From positions 2,604,001 to 2,668,000 of the forward strand of contig CM026547.1 in NCBI GenBank assembly GCA_014905635.1: 64,000 bases of DNA. Direction: 5' to 3'. A program made the position numbers and the translations under genes. The notes under the pieces were generated by a model. The model made no database searches. It was not told where the DNA came from and was given only the letters and a program-made list of their open reading frames with translations. Position 1 is the first letter of the stretch. Each line of letters opens with the position of its first letter. The stretch comes from Scenedesmus sp. PABB004 (taxonomy: Eukaryota). This document shows positions 50,464-61,601 of the stretch, piece by piece.

Positions 50464-51050
50464 GCGGGCGCGTGGCGGCGGCGCGGCGGCGGCGCGCGCG
50501 GCGGGTGCACCCACCCGCCGGCGCGCGCGCGCGCGGGCGCCGCCGCCGCCCAGCGCGGGCCGCGGGCCGAGGGCGGTTCAGAAGAGGGGCGGTGGGGCTG
50601 TTGTACACTACGCGCGGCTGCCGGGCGCGCGCCGATGCGCAGCCGAGATGCTGTGCGCTGGCCGGGCGCGCGCGAGGGGCTGTACTGCTCGCTGTCACGT
50701 GGTGTTGATGTACACTAGGGCGTGGCGCCGCGCTCCCGCGCCGCCATGTGCGGCGCGGCGACTGCGCGCGCGCGTTGGTCGCTCGCGGCGTGTGCTTGCG
50801 ACGTGTTGTTGTCGGCGTGCGTGTTTGGGGGGGCGAGCACTTGGTGCGCGCGCAGCCGGCGGCAGTGCTCGATGCTCCAGCTCGAGCCCCGCACGCGCCG
50901 TCAACTGGTAAAGCGCGATCGCTCGTCGCCGCTCGCTCCCTGCCGCTCCCACGCTGCCCATCACATTGGCGGTGCGCTGGGGCGCCCGCCACAGCAGCGA
51001 CGGCAGCTCGCGAGCGCTGTCCCAGCGGCGGCAGCTCGGCAGCAGCAGCG

Positions 51051-52061
51051 ATGGACGACGCCAGCGAGCGCGTGGCTGCTGTGCTGGCGCTGTCGGAGGA
51101 GCTGAGCGCGGATCGGGCGATCGCCAACGACCTGATGCTGTCGGCGCTGCTGGCCGCCGCCCAGTCGCCGCGCCGGGCGAGCCTGTGCAGGCCCTGGCCG
51201 GCGACGCACGTGACCGCCGACCTCGATGCAGCCGCAGCCGCGCTGGACGCGCTGCCGCGCGCCGCACTCGGCGGCGGCCCGGCCGGCGAACGCGCACTCG
51301 CCTCAGCGAGCGCGCTCCAGCTGCGGCTGCTCCAGGCGGTCTTCCTGCAGCACCAGGCCAAGCGCGACTGGCGGCTCACGCTGACGTCGCCCGACGCGCT
51401 GGCGGCGGAGCTGGGCCAGGCGCTGCCGCCGGGCGCGCGCGCCTGCCGCTGCGTGCTGCGCGTCGACCGAGGCGTGGTGGCGGCGGCGCGTGGGCCGCGG
51501 CTCGTTGCGCTGCATGGCACCGACGCCGACTCGGCGTGGTCCATCCTACACACGGGCCTGCTCGCTGCGAGCGGGACGCGCCTCCAGTCGACGGGCGCGG
51601 CGCACGGCTCGGGCATTTATGCTGCGGAGGACTTCGACACTGCCGTGGCGTTTAGCACCGCGCGGCGCGGCTGGCGCGGCAGCGCGATCGCGCAGCACCT
51701 GCGCGTCGTGCTGGTCTGCGAGGTGGCGGCGGGCGCGGCGCTGCGCGGCGGCCCCGGCGCGCCCGGCGGGTGCGGCGTTGCCCTCGGCGCGCGCGGCAGC
51801 TGCGCCCGCAGCGCGCGCCGCCCGCGCCCGGGGCCCGGCGGCGCGCCGCCGAGCACCGGCCCGCTCCGCCGCAGGCTGCCCGCCAAGTACGTGCTCGTGC
51901 CGCGTCCCGCCGACGTGGCCGTGCGCGCGCTGCTGGTGCTCAGCGACGACGCGCTGCGCGGCGCCGCGGCGCGCCACCGCGGCGCGGCCGCGTGCGCCGC
52001 GCTGACCGCACTGTACGCGGCCGCCATGCTCCTGCTCGCCGCCTGGCGCCTGCTGCGCTGA
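51051..52061 (+). CDS. PARP16-like mono-ADP-ribosyltransferase with C-terminal TM anchor (2 exons)
   Basis: DLMLSALLAAAQSPRRASLCRPWP; LHGT..SILHTGL; HGSGIYAAED..AVAFS; W..S..LRVVLVCEV; LPAKYVLV..VRALLV; hydrophobic tail. Confidence 0.8.
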   Translation: MDDASERVAAVLALSEELSADRAIANDLMLSALLAAAQSPRRASLCRPWPATHVTADLDAAAAALDALPRAALGGGPAGERALASASALQLRLLQAVFLQHQAKRDWRLTLTSPDALAAELGQALPPGARACRCVLRVDRGVVAAARGPRLVALHGTDADSAWSILHTGLLAASGTRLQSTGAAHGSGIYAAEDFDTAVAFSTARRGWRGSAIAQHLRVVLVCEVAAGAALRGGPGAPGGCGVALGARGSCARSARRPRPGPGGAPPSTGPLRRRLPAKYVLVPRPADVAVRALLVLSDDALRGAAARHRGAAACAALTALYAAAMLLLAAWRLLR

Positions 52062-52314
52062 GCGCCGGGCCGAGCTGCCGGCCAGCACTCAGCAACGCAC
52101 CGCCGCATCCTGCCGACGACGCGCTGCGCGCAGGAGGGGGCCGAGGTGGGCGCTGCGCCGGACCCCGCCAGGGCTGAGCGTCCGTGCTGAGGCCCAGCTC
52201 AGCGCGCCCGCTGCGCCTGCGCCGCCCCGCAGGCGGGTCCCGGCGCCGCCGGCCCGCGCTGCAGGCGCGCCGCACCGGCGGCAGCAGGGCACGAGGCGCG
52301 CGACGCCCGCGCGC

Positions 52315-53398
52315 TCACGCCGCAGCGAGCGGCGTGGTGGCGTTTGCGTGCGCGCACTCGGCGAGCCGGCACACCTTGAAGATCGGCACCGCGCTGAGCA
52401 GCGAGAGCACCATGCCCACGAACAAGGCGCCGAGCCAGAGGTCGACGCACTCGGCGTCGTCCAGGTCGAGGGCCCGGCACGCCTCACTCGCCGCCGCGCC
52501 CACGGCGGCGTTGATCGCCAGCGGCGCGAGCAGGCCGAGCACGGCAGGGCAGGCGAAGCACCACCAGCGCGGCACCGCGCCGGCGCCGGCGGGCAGCACG
52601 AACGCCGCGCCCGCGGCCGCGGCGGCCGCGACCAGGCCCACCAGCTGCCCCACGCGCGTGGCGGGCGCGCCCTGCGCCGCGGCGGCGGCGGCGGCGGCGG
52701 GCGCTCAGGCCCGCCTGGCGCAGCCCGGCACAGCCCAGGCGGCGGCGCGGGCGCGCGCGCACCTCTGCCAGCGCGTCGACGAGGTGTTGCGCGGCGCGCT
52801 CGCAGGCCCGCACCAGCGCCACGAGCGCCGGCGCCGGCGTCGCGCGCAGCGCGCGCAGTGCCGCGGGCGCGAGCAGCAGGCGGCCCGCGGCCGCGTCAAA
52901 GACGGCCAGCGGCGCCGCGCGGCCGGGGCGGCGCGCGTCCGCCGCGGGCGGGTCTGCCGGCGCGCCGAGGGCGTCGAGCGTGAGCGGGAAGAGGCGCCGC
53001 CCGCGGAGCGCCTCGACGCGCTCCAGCCCCGCCGCGAGCGCGCGCTGCACGGCGGCGGGCACGGCCGCCGCCGCGGCCGGCTCAAACGTGAGCAGCGCCG
53101 CGCCCGGCGCGCGCCGCGCCGGCCTGCTGCCGTCGCTGCGCGGCACCACCACCACCACCGCGGCGCCGGTGCTGCCCCCGAGAGCGGGGCCGAGGTCGTC
53201 GGCAACCGCGGCGCCGGTGCTGGCCCCGAGAGCGGGGCCGAGGTCGTCGGCAACGACTGCCGCAATCCGCACGTAGGGGAGCAGCGGGGCGCGGCCGGCC
53301 GCGGGCGCGGCGGCGCAGCGCACGACCGGCGGTGCCAGCGCGAGCAGCAGCGCGGCAGCGGCCAGCGCCGCGCGGGGCCGCCGGGAAGAGCCCGCCAT
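52315..53398 (-). CDS. Hypothetical membrane protein (signal peptide, about 3 TM helices), 2 exons
   Basis: MAGSSRRPRAALAAAALLLALA; GT-AG intron near 52672..52762; hydrophobic second exon. Confidence 0.6.
53159..53254. repeat. Coding tandem duplication, 2 x 48 nt (VADDLGPALG[AG]STGAA)
   Basis: Near-identical adjacent copies. Confidence 0.9.
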
Positions 53399-53695
53399 GC
53401 TGACGGGATCGGGCCAGCGCGGTGCCGGGCGGGCGGCTGCGCGGGCTTGGCCAGCGGCGGCGACGGAGCGGGGGGGGGGGCCCGGCGCGCCTGGCAGCAG
53501 TCGTCGTCACTTGAGCAGCCAAAAACCCCGCCGTGACACCGACGCACGCCGTTTGCCGGAGAACATCTGCACTCCGCCAGCGCGTGTCGTCCCGTCGCCG
53601 CCACCTGCCCGCGCCGCCCGCAGCCCGCCGCTGCCCGCCAGCTCGCTGCTGCCGCAGCCCCGCCACCGTCGCCGGCCGCCGCGGCGTCGCTGCCA

Positions 53696-54572
53696 ATGGT
53701 CTGGGCGCAGCGGGAGATCAAGCTCCCGGCGTTCGCGCGCGGCTGCCACCTCATCACTCACCACGTGCGCGCAGCAGCCGCCCCCGCCGCCCGCGCCGCT
53801 GCGCCGGCGCTCTGAGCTCGCGCGCGCCGCCCGCCGCCCCCAGATCACCAAGGAGCTCGGCGCCGACCTCGCCAAGTTTGACGTGGGGCTCTGCAACATC
53901 TTCAGTGCGCGCGCGCGCGGCCGGCGGGCGGCAGGCGCGCCGCGCACGCCACGGGGCGTCCCGGCCGGCCGCGCAGCCCAGCACGCGCTCAGTCCAGCAC
54001 ACGCCCGCCCACTCACGCGCAGTCCAGCACACGAGCGCGTCGCTTACGCTGAACGAGAACGCCGACCCGGACGTGCGGGTAGACATGGAGACCTTCCTCA
54101 ACAGGGCGGTGCCAGAGGTGCGCACACGCGCGCAGCAACGGCGCGCACGCGCGAACGCGCGGACGTGCGGCGGGCGCGGCGGACGCCGCCGCGCGCGGGC
54201 GCGACGCGCAGGGCCGCGGCGCGCCGTGGGTGCACACGGACGAGGGCGACGACGACATGCCTGCACACGTGAAGACCAGCCTTCTCGGCGCGTCGCTGAC
54301 AATCCCCATCTCGCGGGGCCGCCTTGCGTTGGGGACCTGGCAAGGCGTGCGTGGCGCCCGCAGCCGCGCGCGTGCGCCGCCGCCGCGGCACGAAAGCCGG
54401 CCGCGAACGCCTCACCCCGGCGCCCGCCGCCGCGCCCGCCTCCACGCCCGCCGCCGCGCCCGCCGCCGCGCCCGCCGCCGCGCCCGCCGCCGCGCCCGCG
54501 CAGTGCTGGCTGTGCGAGCACCGCGACCACGCGAGCGGCCGGCGGCTGGTCGTGACGATGCAGGGCGAGTGA
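53696..54572 (+). CDS. yjbQ: YjbQ/UPF0047 family protein (5 exons)
   Basis: [52 protein letters not shown]. Confidence 0.95.
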
Positions 54573-54693
54573 AGCTGGGCGGTTTGCCAGGCTGAACCCT
54601 CGCGGCGCCAGGACCGAGGCTGCCGCAACCGCCGCGCCCGCTTGCCGACGACGCCCGCCTCGGCCGGCGCCCCGCGCGCCAGCGCCAGCAACG

Positions 54694-55358
54694 ATGAGCA
54701 CGCCGCCGCAGCAGCAGGCGCCGTCGCCGGCGGGCGGCGCGCCCGTGCCGCCCAAACCCACGGGCCCGCTGCCCGAGTGTCGGTGCGGCGAGGCCGCGGC
54801 TCTGAGGCTCAGCCGGACGCAGCGCAATCCGAACAGGCGCGTGCGCGCCGCCAACTGCGGCGCAGCAGCGTGCGCGCCGCGGGCCCTGCCGGCCGCCCTA
54901 GGGCGCCGCAGCCCCGCGCGCCGTCGCCCGCGGTGTGCGACACGACACGCAGCTTCACTCGACAGCTGCGCGCGCCGGGCGGCACGCGCTGCTGCGCCGG
55001 CCCTGCGCAGGTGGTTCTACTGTTGCGCCTGCGACACCGGCTGTGGCTTTTTCAGCTGGGCGTCGCCGCCGGCGACGCCGGCGCAGCAGCACGCGCCCAG
55101 CCCGGGGCAGCGCGCTGCGCCGCAGCACGCGCCCAGCCCCGCACAGCACGCGCAGCAGCACGCGCCCAGCCCCGGGCAGCACGCGCAGCAGTTTCAGCAG
55201 CACGCGCCCAGCCCCGGGCAGCGCGCTGCGCCGCAGCACGCGCCCAGCCTCGGTCAGGCGCCCGGGTCCCTCCCGCGCTACACCGAGGGCGGCGGCCAGC
55301 CGCCGTGGCCGCAGCAGCCGTGGCCGCAGCAGTCGCCGTCGGCCGCGCAGACGCCCGG

Positions 55359-55390
<32 letters not shown>

Positions 55391-58300
55391 CGTTCCTGCA
55401 GCCGGGCAGCGGGCAGTGGCCCTCGCCGCAGCAGGCGCAGCACTCGCAGCAGGCGCAGGGCGCCTGGCAGGCCCGCCCGCAGCCGCCGCTGCCGTTCAGC
55501 CCCAGCCCGCAGCGCCCCGGCGCGCCGCCCGGCACGCCCGGCAGCGCGCCGCGCGGCTCGCAGGGCAGCGCCGGCGCGGCGGCGGGCTCGCCGGGCGCGG
55601 GCCTCGTCGTGGCCGTGGTGCCGGCGCCGCCGAGCATGGCCAACCACTTTGGGCTGCGGCCGTCGCGGTACAGCGAGGAGTTTGTGCGATGCATCAAGGC
55701 GCTGCCCTACCGCGACACCGACCGCCACTGGCACGGCGAGGGCAAGCTCTGGCTCGTGGCCAGCAGCGCGCGCGAGGCGGTGCTCGCGCACGTGGCGGGG
55801 GCCGGCTTTGTGCTGCAGGAGGCCACGCCGGCGCCGCAGGACGACGGCCTCGGTGCGTGCGCGCACGCCGTGCCGCGCCGCGCGCGCCCGCGGTCCCGCC
55901 GCCGCCCTGGGGGGCCGGGGCCGCCGCCGGCGGCGGCCACGCACGCGCCGCCCGCCCTCTGCCCGTGCGCAGCCGGCGGGCCTGGCCGGCCGGCGGACCT
56001 GGTTGGCCTGGAGGGCACCAACGCGCGCGTGGTGCCGCTGATGGACGCGGACGAGGCGGAGGAGACGGTCGCGGTGTCGATACCTCCCAGCCTCTGGTGC
56101 GCGCGGTGCCCGCGCGGCGTGTGCCCGGCGGCGGCGGCGGGCCTCCCGCGCAGGGCGGCTGCGGCAGCCCACCCGCCTCGCCGCGCCGCAGGGAGCAGCT
56201 GCTGCCGCACCAGCGCGAGGGCGTGCTGGCGGGCGTGCGGCGCGGCGGGCGGCTGCTGCTGGCGGACGAGATGGGCCTCGGCAAGACCGCGCAGGCACGC
56301 CGGCGGGCGCTGGTGGCTGCGCCCCGACGCGGCTGGCCGCCGCCGCCGCCGGCGCGCGGCGGGGGGTGTGCGCTGCGCGCCGCGCGCAGCCCGCCTCCCC
56401 ACCCTGCCCAACCCCCCTCTCTCTCGCCCCGGGCAGGCCATCATGATTGCGTCGTGCTATCCAGAGGACTGGCCCCTGCTCGTGGTCGCGCCGGCCAGCC
56501 TGCGGGGCGTGTGGGAGGCGGAGCTGGAGGCGTGGCTGCCGCCCGCGCTGCGCCCCGCGGCGGGGCACATGCACGTTATCAAGACCGGCGCCGCGCTCAA
56601 GCGCCTGGTCGACCAGGGTGCGCGCCCGGCGCGCACCGCACGCGCGCGCCCTGCAGCGCCGGCTCCGCGCGCCCCGAGCAGCGCGGCCGCCGCGGCCGCC
56701 GCGGCGCAGGCCTCCCGGCGACGTCGAGGCAGGTGCTGCTCACGACGTACGAGCTGGTGCAGAAGCTGGGCGCCGCTGGCGCGCGCTTTGGCGTCGTCGT
56801 GTGCGACGAGAGCCACGCGCTCAAGAACAAGGACGCCCTGCGCACGCGCGCGGTCGTGGCGCTCGTGCGCGGCGCGCGGCGCGCGGTGCTGCTTACCGGC
56901 ACGCCGCTACTCTCCCGCCCGATCGAGGCGTGGTCAGCGGTCGACATGCTCCGGCCGGGGCTCCTGGGCAGCTACGACGAGTTTGGCGCCGCGTTCTGCC
57001 AGGGCCCCGAGGCCGCCGCGGCGCAGGCGCAGGCGGCGGCGCAGGCGGCGGCCGCCGGCGGGCGGCGGCGCGCGTTTGCGCCGCCGCCCTACAACGGCGT
57101 CAACCACGCGCGGCTCGAGGAGCTGCACCGCCTGCTGCTGGCCAACGTGCTCGTGCGGCGCACCAAGGCGCAGATCGGGCTCGGGCTGCCTGACAAAACG
57201 AGGCTCAGGGTGCGCACCGACCTGGCGCGCACGCCGCGGCGCGCGCCGCGCGGCAGCGGCGGCGCCCAGCAGGTCCCGACCCGCGCCGCGCGCCGCGCGC
57301 CGCCGCCAGGTGTCGGTGCCGCTGGACGAGGCGTTTGCGGGGCAGCTGGCGTCCATCCGCGCCGCGATGCAGCGCTGCACCGCGGCGGACGGCCCTGACG
57401 CGCAGCGACTGGTGAATGAGTACCGCCTGGTGACCGGCCAGGCCAAGGTGGCGGGCGTCACTGCCTTCGTGCGCAGCCTGCCGGGCACCTCCGGCGGCGG
57501 CCGCCGCGGCGGCAGCAACGACGACGACGACGAGGGCCAGGCCGACGGCGACGGTGACGGCGAGGGCGAGGGCGACGGCGAGGGCGAGGGCGGCGCCGGC
57601 GAGGAGTCGGGCGAGGCGGAGGACGGCGACCGCGGCGCCGCCAAGCGCGCGCGCACGTCGCCTGCGGCGGCCGGCAGCAGCGCGGCGGCGGCGGCCGGCG
57701 GCGCGGGCGCGGCGGGCAAGCTGCTGGTCTTTGCCTCGCACCACGCCGTCCTCGACGCGCTGGCGGCGCGGCTGGGCCCCGGCGGCGCGGGCCTGGGCCT
57801 GGTGCGCATCGACGGCCGCACGCCGCCGGCGCTGCGCGCCGCGCTGGTCGCGCGCTTCCAGGCGGACCCCCACGTGCGCGTGGGGCTTCTGAGCGTCAAG
57901 GCCGCCGGCGCGGGTCTCACGCTCACCGCCGCCAGCCGCGTCGTGTTTGCGGAGCTCCACTGGTGCGGCGCCGCGGCGGGGCCGTGGACGCGAGGCCCGG
58001 CCGCGCGGCCGCGCTGTTCGAGCCGCGCGCTGCGGCGCCGCCGCCGCGCAGGAACCCCGGCGACCTCGCGCAGGCGGAGGACCGCGTGCACCGCCTTGGG
58101 CAGCAAGGTAGGCGCGCCTGCGCGCCGCGCGGCGCGGTGCAGCGCGGCGCGGGTGGCCGCCGCGCCAGCGGTGCGCCGTGCGCGCCGGCGTCCGCCCCGT
58201 GTCGTCACCCGCCGCCGCCGCTGCTGCTGGCCCCTCCCCGCCAGCGCACTGCACGATCTACTACACAGCCGCGCCGGACAGCGCGGACGACCTCATGTGG

Positions 58301-58798
58301 GGCGTGCTCGTGCGCAAGCTGCGCGTCGTCGGCGCCGCGGTGGACGGCGCCGCGCGCGGCGCCGCGGGCGCGGCGAGCCTCGCCGGCATGGAGCGCTGGA
58401 CCGCGGCGCTCGCGGCGCGCGGGCCGGGCGACGGCGGCGACGACGACGGCAGCGAGGACGGCGGCGGCGGCGCGGCGCCCGCGACGACGGCGCAGCCACA
58501 GGCGCGCGGGGGGAGCCCGGCCGGCGCGGACCCCGCGCGCGGCGCCCCCGCGCCGGCGGGGGCCCAGGAGGAGACGCCGCCTGCGGAGGCCGCGCAGCCG
58601 CGGCGGCGCAGCCTGCTCGCCGCGCTCAACGCAACCGTCTTTCACGGTCGGCCGGGCGCCGAGGCCGACGGCGGCGAGCTGGGCAGCGGCCAGACGGGCG
58701 GCAGCCAGGCCGGGCGCGGGCCGCCGACGCAGGGCTCGCAGTCGGGGCTGACGGGGCGGGCGGCCGGCGATCGCGAGGCGGCCGCGCGGCGAGGCTGA
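54694..58798 (+). CDS. SMARCAL1/ZRANB3-type SNF2 helicase with N-terminal GRF zinc finger and HARP-like segment (about 10 exons)
   Basis: CRCG..SRTQRNPNRWFYC..CGFFSW (GRF); LLPHQREGV, LADEMGLGKT, WPLLVVAP, DESH, LLTGTP..SRP, KLLVFASH, RIDG, GAGLTLTAA, AELHWNPG..QAEDRVHRLGQ. Confidence 0.92.
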
Positions 58799-58904
58799 CG
58801 GGGCGGCGGCAGGTGTGTGTGTTGTGAGAGTGACGCGCAGGTTGCTGACCGATGACGCAGGTTGCGATTGGTTTGGGATTGTTGCTTGGCAGCGCCACGC
58901 TCGT

Positions 58905-58909
58905 TGTAA
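58905..58909 (+). promoter_or_regulatory. Candidate TGTAA polyadenylation signal (helicase gene)
   Basis: TGTAA about 106 nt after the stop at 58798. Confidence 0.55.
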
Positions 58910-59071
58910 GACCATGGCGAGTCACGCACGACGCAAGCCAGCCTGGTCAACAGGAGCTGCCTGCTCTCAGCAGCTGCTGGGCACGCAGGCACAAGCTGCG
59001 GAACAAACACGCGCTGCACGCGGTTCTGAGGCCCACTCGGTCGCCGCCGCCGCCCTCGCGCCTCTGCCGCC

Positions 59072-60142
59072 TCACACCTCTGCCTGGCCGCCCGGCTTGG
59101 TCGCTGAGAACATGATGAACATGCGGCTGCGGCTGCGCCGGTAGTCTGCCAGCCCCACGCCCGCGCACAGGTCGACCAGCTCCGCCTCCTCCCAGTACCG
59201 GAACGTGTTGCTCGTGCGCTCGCCAAAGGGGTTGAACGCCTGCGGCGCGGACCGGCGAGGGCGCGCGCGCGCGGGTTGGCGGCGGCGGCGGTCGCGGCGG
59301 CGCAGCGCGGCGGCGGCGCGGCGGCGCGGCGGCGCGGCGGCGCGGCGGCGCGGCGGCGCGGCGGCGGCCGCCACCCCCTGCCCCCGCCCCTCGACACGCG
59401 CACATGCAACGCCGCGCCACGCACGCGCACACGCACGCGACGCACGCGCCGCGCGCGACGCATGCCGCCGGCGCGGCGCGGTCAGCTGCCGCCGTGCGCG
59501 GGCTTTGTGGCAGCAAACATGATGAATTGGAGCCGCCGGGTGCGCCGCCACCCGACCAGGCCCACGCCCGCACACAGGTCGGACAGCTCCGCCTCCTCCC
59601 ACAGCCGTAGCTCGCGCCGCGCGCCTGGGCCTGCGGCGCGGCGCGCCGCAGGCGGCGGCGGCGCTCGCGCGGAGACGCGCTCCGGCGGCGCGGCGCCCGC
59701 CCACTGTCGGACGGCGTACGCAGTGCGAGCACGCCCTGGGGGACCCCCCCCCCCCACCACACACACACACACACACGCGCGCGCGCACACGCGCGCACAC
59801 GCGCGCACACGCGCGCACACGCTCGCCGCCGCCGCCGCGTGGTTGCCCGCCGCGTTGCCTGCCCCCCCCCCCACCGCTTCCCGGGGGCCCGGCGCGCACC
59901 TGGCTGAGCGGGCGCACGGTGGCGTCGCCGATGAGCTCGCCCAGCGGCGCGAGGGGCGTGAGGAAGGTTGACGCCACGAGCACGCCGCCCGGGCGCAGCA
60001 CGCGGGAGATCTCGGCCATCGCGGCCTGCGGGTTGGGCCAGCAGTGGATGGCCGCGCCCGCGTGGATCGCGTCGACGCTGCCCGTCGCAAACGGCAGCCG
60101 CCCGACGTCGGCGCGCACCGCCACGATCGGCGTGCTGCGCGC

Positions 60143-60173
<31 letters not shown>

Positions 60174-61214
60174 TCAGCGCCCAGCGGCGGGCGCGGGCGC
60201 GCAGGGGGGCTGCAGGGGGCCGCGGGGCTGCTCGCCCTCGCTCCCGCGTCCCTCCTCCCGCGCGCCTCCTCCTGCGCCGCCCCCGCGCCCGCCGGCGCCG
60301 GCCGCGCACCTGCGCGCGAGCGCGGGGTCGTCCCTGAAGTACTGCGCCGCCTGCGCGAGCATCGACTCGCTAAAGTCGAGCGCGACGACGCCGGCAAACG
60401 CGCCGCTGCGCGCAAAGAGGCGGCTGAAGAGCCCCGTGCCGCAGCTCGCGTCAACGAGCACGCCGCCGCGCGCGGGGGCGAGGTAGTCCATGGCCATCTC
60501 AAACTCGCGCTCCGGCCCCGGGAAGCCCGCGCGCGCAAAGCCCTGCCGCCACCCGCGCTCGTACACAAAGCTGATGAGCGGCTGGCGGAAGAGCTCGGTG
60601 CCCTGCCACATCGCCTGCTTGTACACCGCCGGCGGCGCGCCGCTCGTGAGCGTGAGGTCGAGGTAGGCCGACGACGACGACGACGACGACGGCGAGCCAA
60701 ACTCGCGCCCGCACCGCCCGCAGCGGCACGCGCGGCCGTACGGCGCCGACGCGGGCACGGTGAACTCGGTCGTGAGGCAGATCGGGCACGCAAAGCCAAA
60801 GGCCACGTCGCGCGGCGCCGCCGCCGCCGCGGCGGCGGGCGCCGCGGGCGCCGCGGGCTCGACCGCCGCGGCGCACGCCGCCACCGCCGGCCGGCCGGCC
60901 GGCCGCCTGCGCGCGCGGAGGCGCGGCGGCGGTGGTCGGGCGCGCGCGCGCGGCGGAAGCTGCTGCAGCTGCTGCTGCGGCTGCAGCTTTCCCCGGCCGC
61001 CGCGCGCGCGGCCAGGGTCAGCTGACGCCGCGGCCGCCTCTCACCTGGGGGCCAGGGCGGCGGGCGGCCGCGCGGCGGCGGCGCCTGGCGGTGCCGGCGC
61101 TGTGTGGCCGCTGCCGCTCGCCCGCGCGCGCGGCGCCGCGGCGGCGGCGGGCGTCGCCGCGCCCCGCGGCTGGCCGCTGGCCTGGCGGGCCTGGCTGGCC
61201 TGGCGGAGCTGCAT
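59072..61214 (-). CDS. Plastid type-11 SAM methyltransferase (At2g41040-like) with two alternative terminal exons
   Basis: Transit-like N-terminus; FACPIC..CGRC; TELFRQPLISFVYERGWRQ.F..GFPG; VDASCGTG; RADVGRLPF; HAGAAIHCWP; RVLRPGG. Confidence 0.92.
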
Positions 61215-61601
61215 GTTTGCTGGTGCTGCGCGGCAGGCGCTGCTGCCAGATGGCCCGCGGAGTGTGAGGCAGCAGCCCGCGACAGAGGGCGCGCGTGACC
61301 GGTCGCTAGCGGCTCACGATGACCGTGACCGGGGGCGGCGGACTGGCGGGGGCGCGGGGAAAGCAGTCAGAGACGAGCGCGGCTTGGCTGGCCGCGGGTT
61401 CAGCAGGGCCCGGTTGAATTGCTGTCCTAGGGGGCCGCAGGGCCTCAGCAGCCTCCACCGCGCACGCGGGCACGCGCCGCCGGGCGCCGCCACGTCGCCG
61501 TCACGCGGGTCAACGCGCGCGCCGCCAGCGCCGGCTGCTCACTCACGCCGCGCTCGCCCAGCTCTCGCCGCGCTCGCCCAGCGCTCAGCACCCCCGCGGC
61601 C

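Noticed and set aside
59608..59615. Frameshift in methyltransferase exon A
   Set aside because: Not required: the 31-nt micro-exon 59705..59735 restores the frame.
59744..59822. Poly-C, (CA)n and CACACGCGCG runs (similar G runs near 11807, 16813, 38196)
   Set aside because: Ordinary intronic or UTR microsatellites; G-quadruplex or Z-DNA function cannot be supported from sequence alone.
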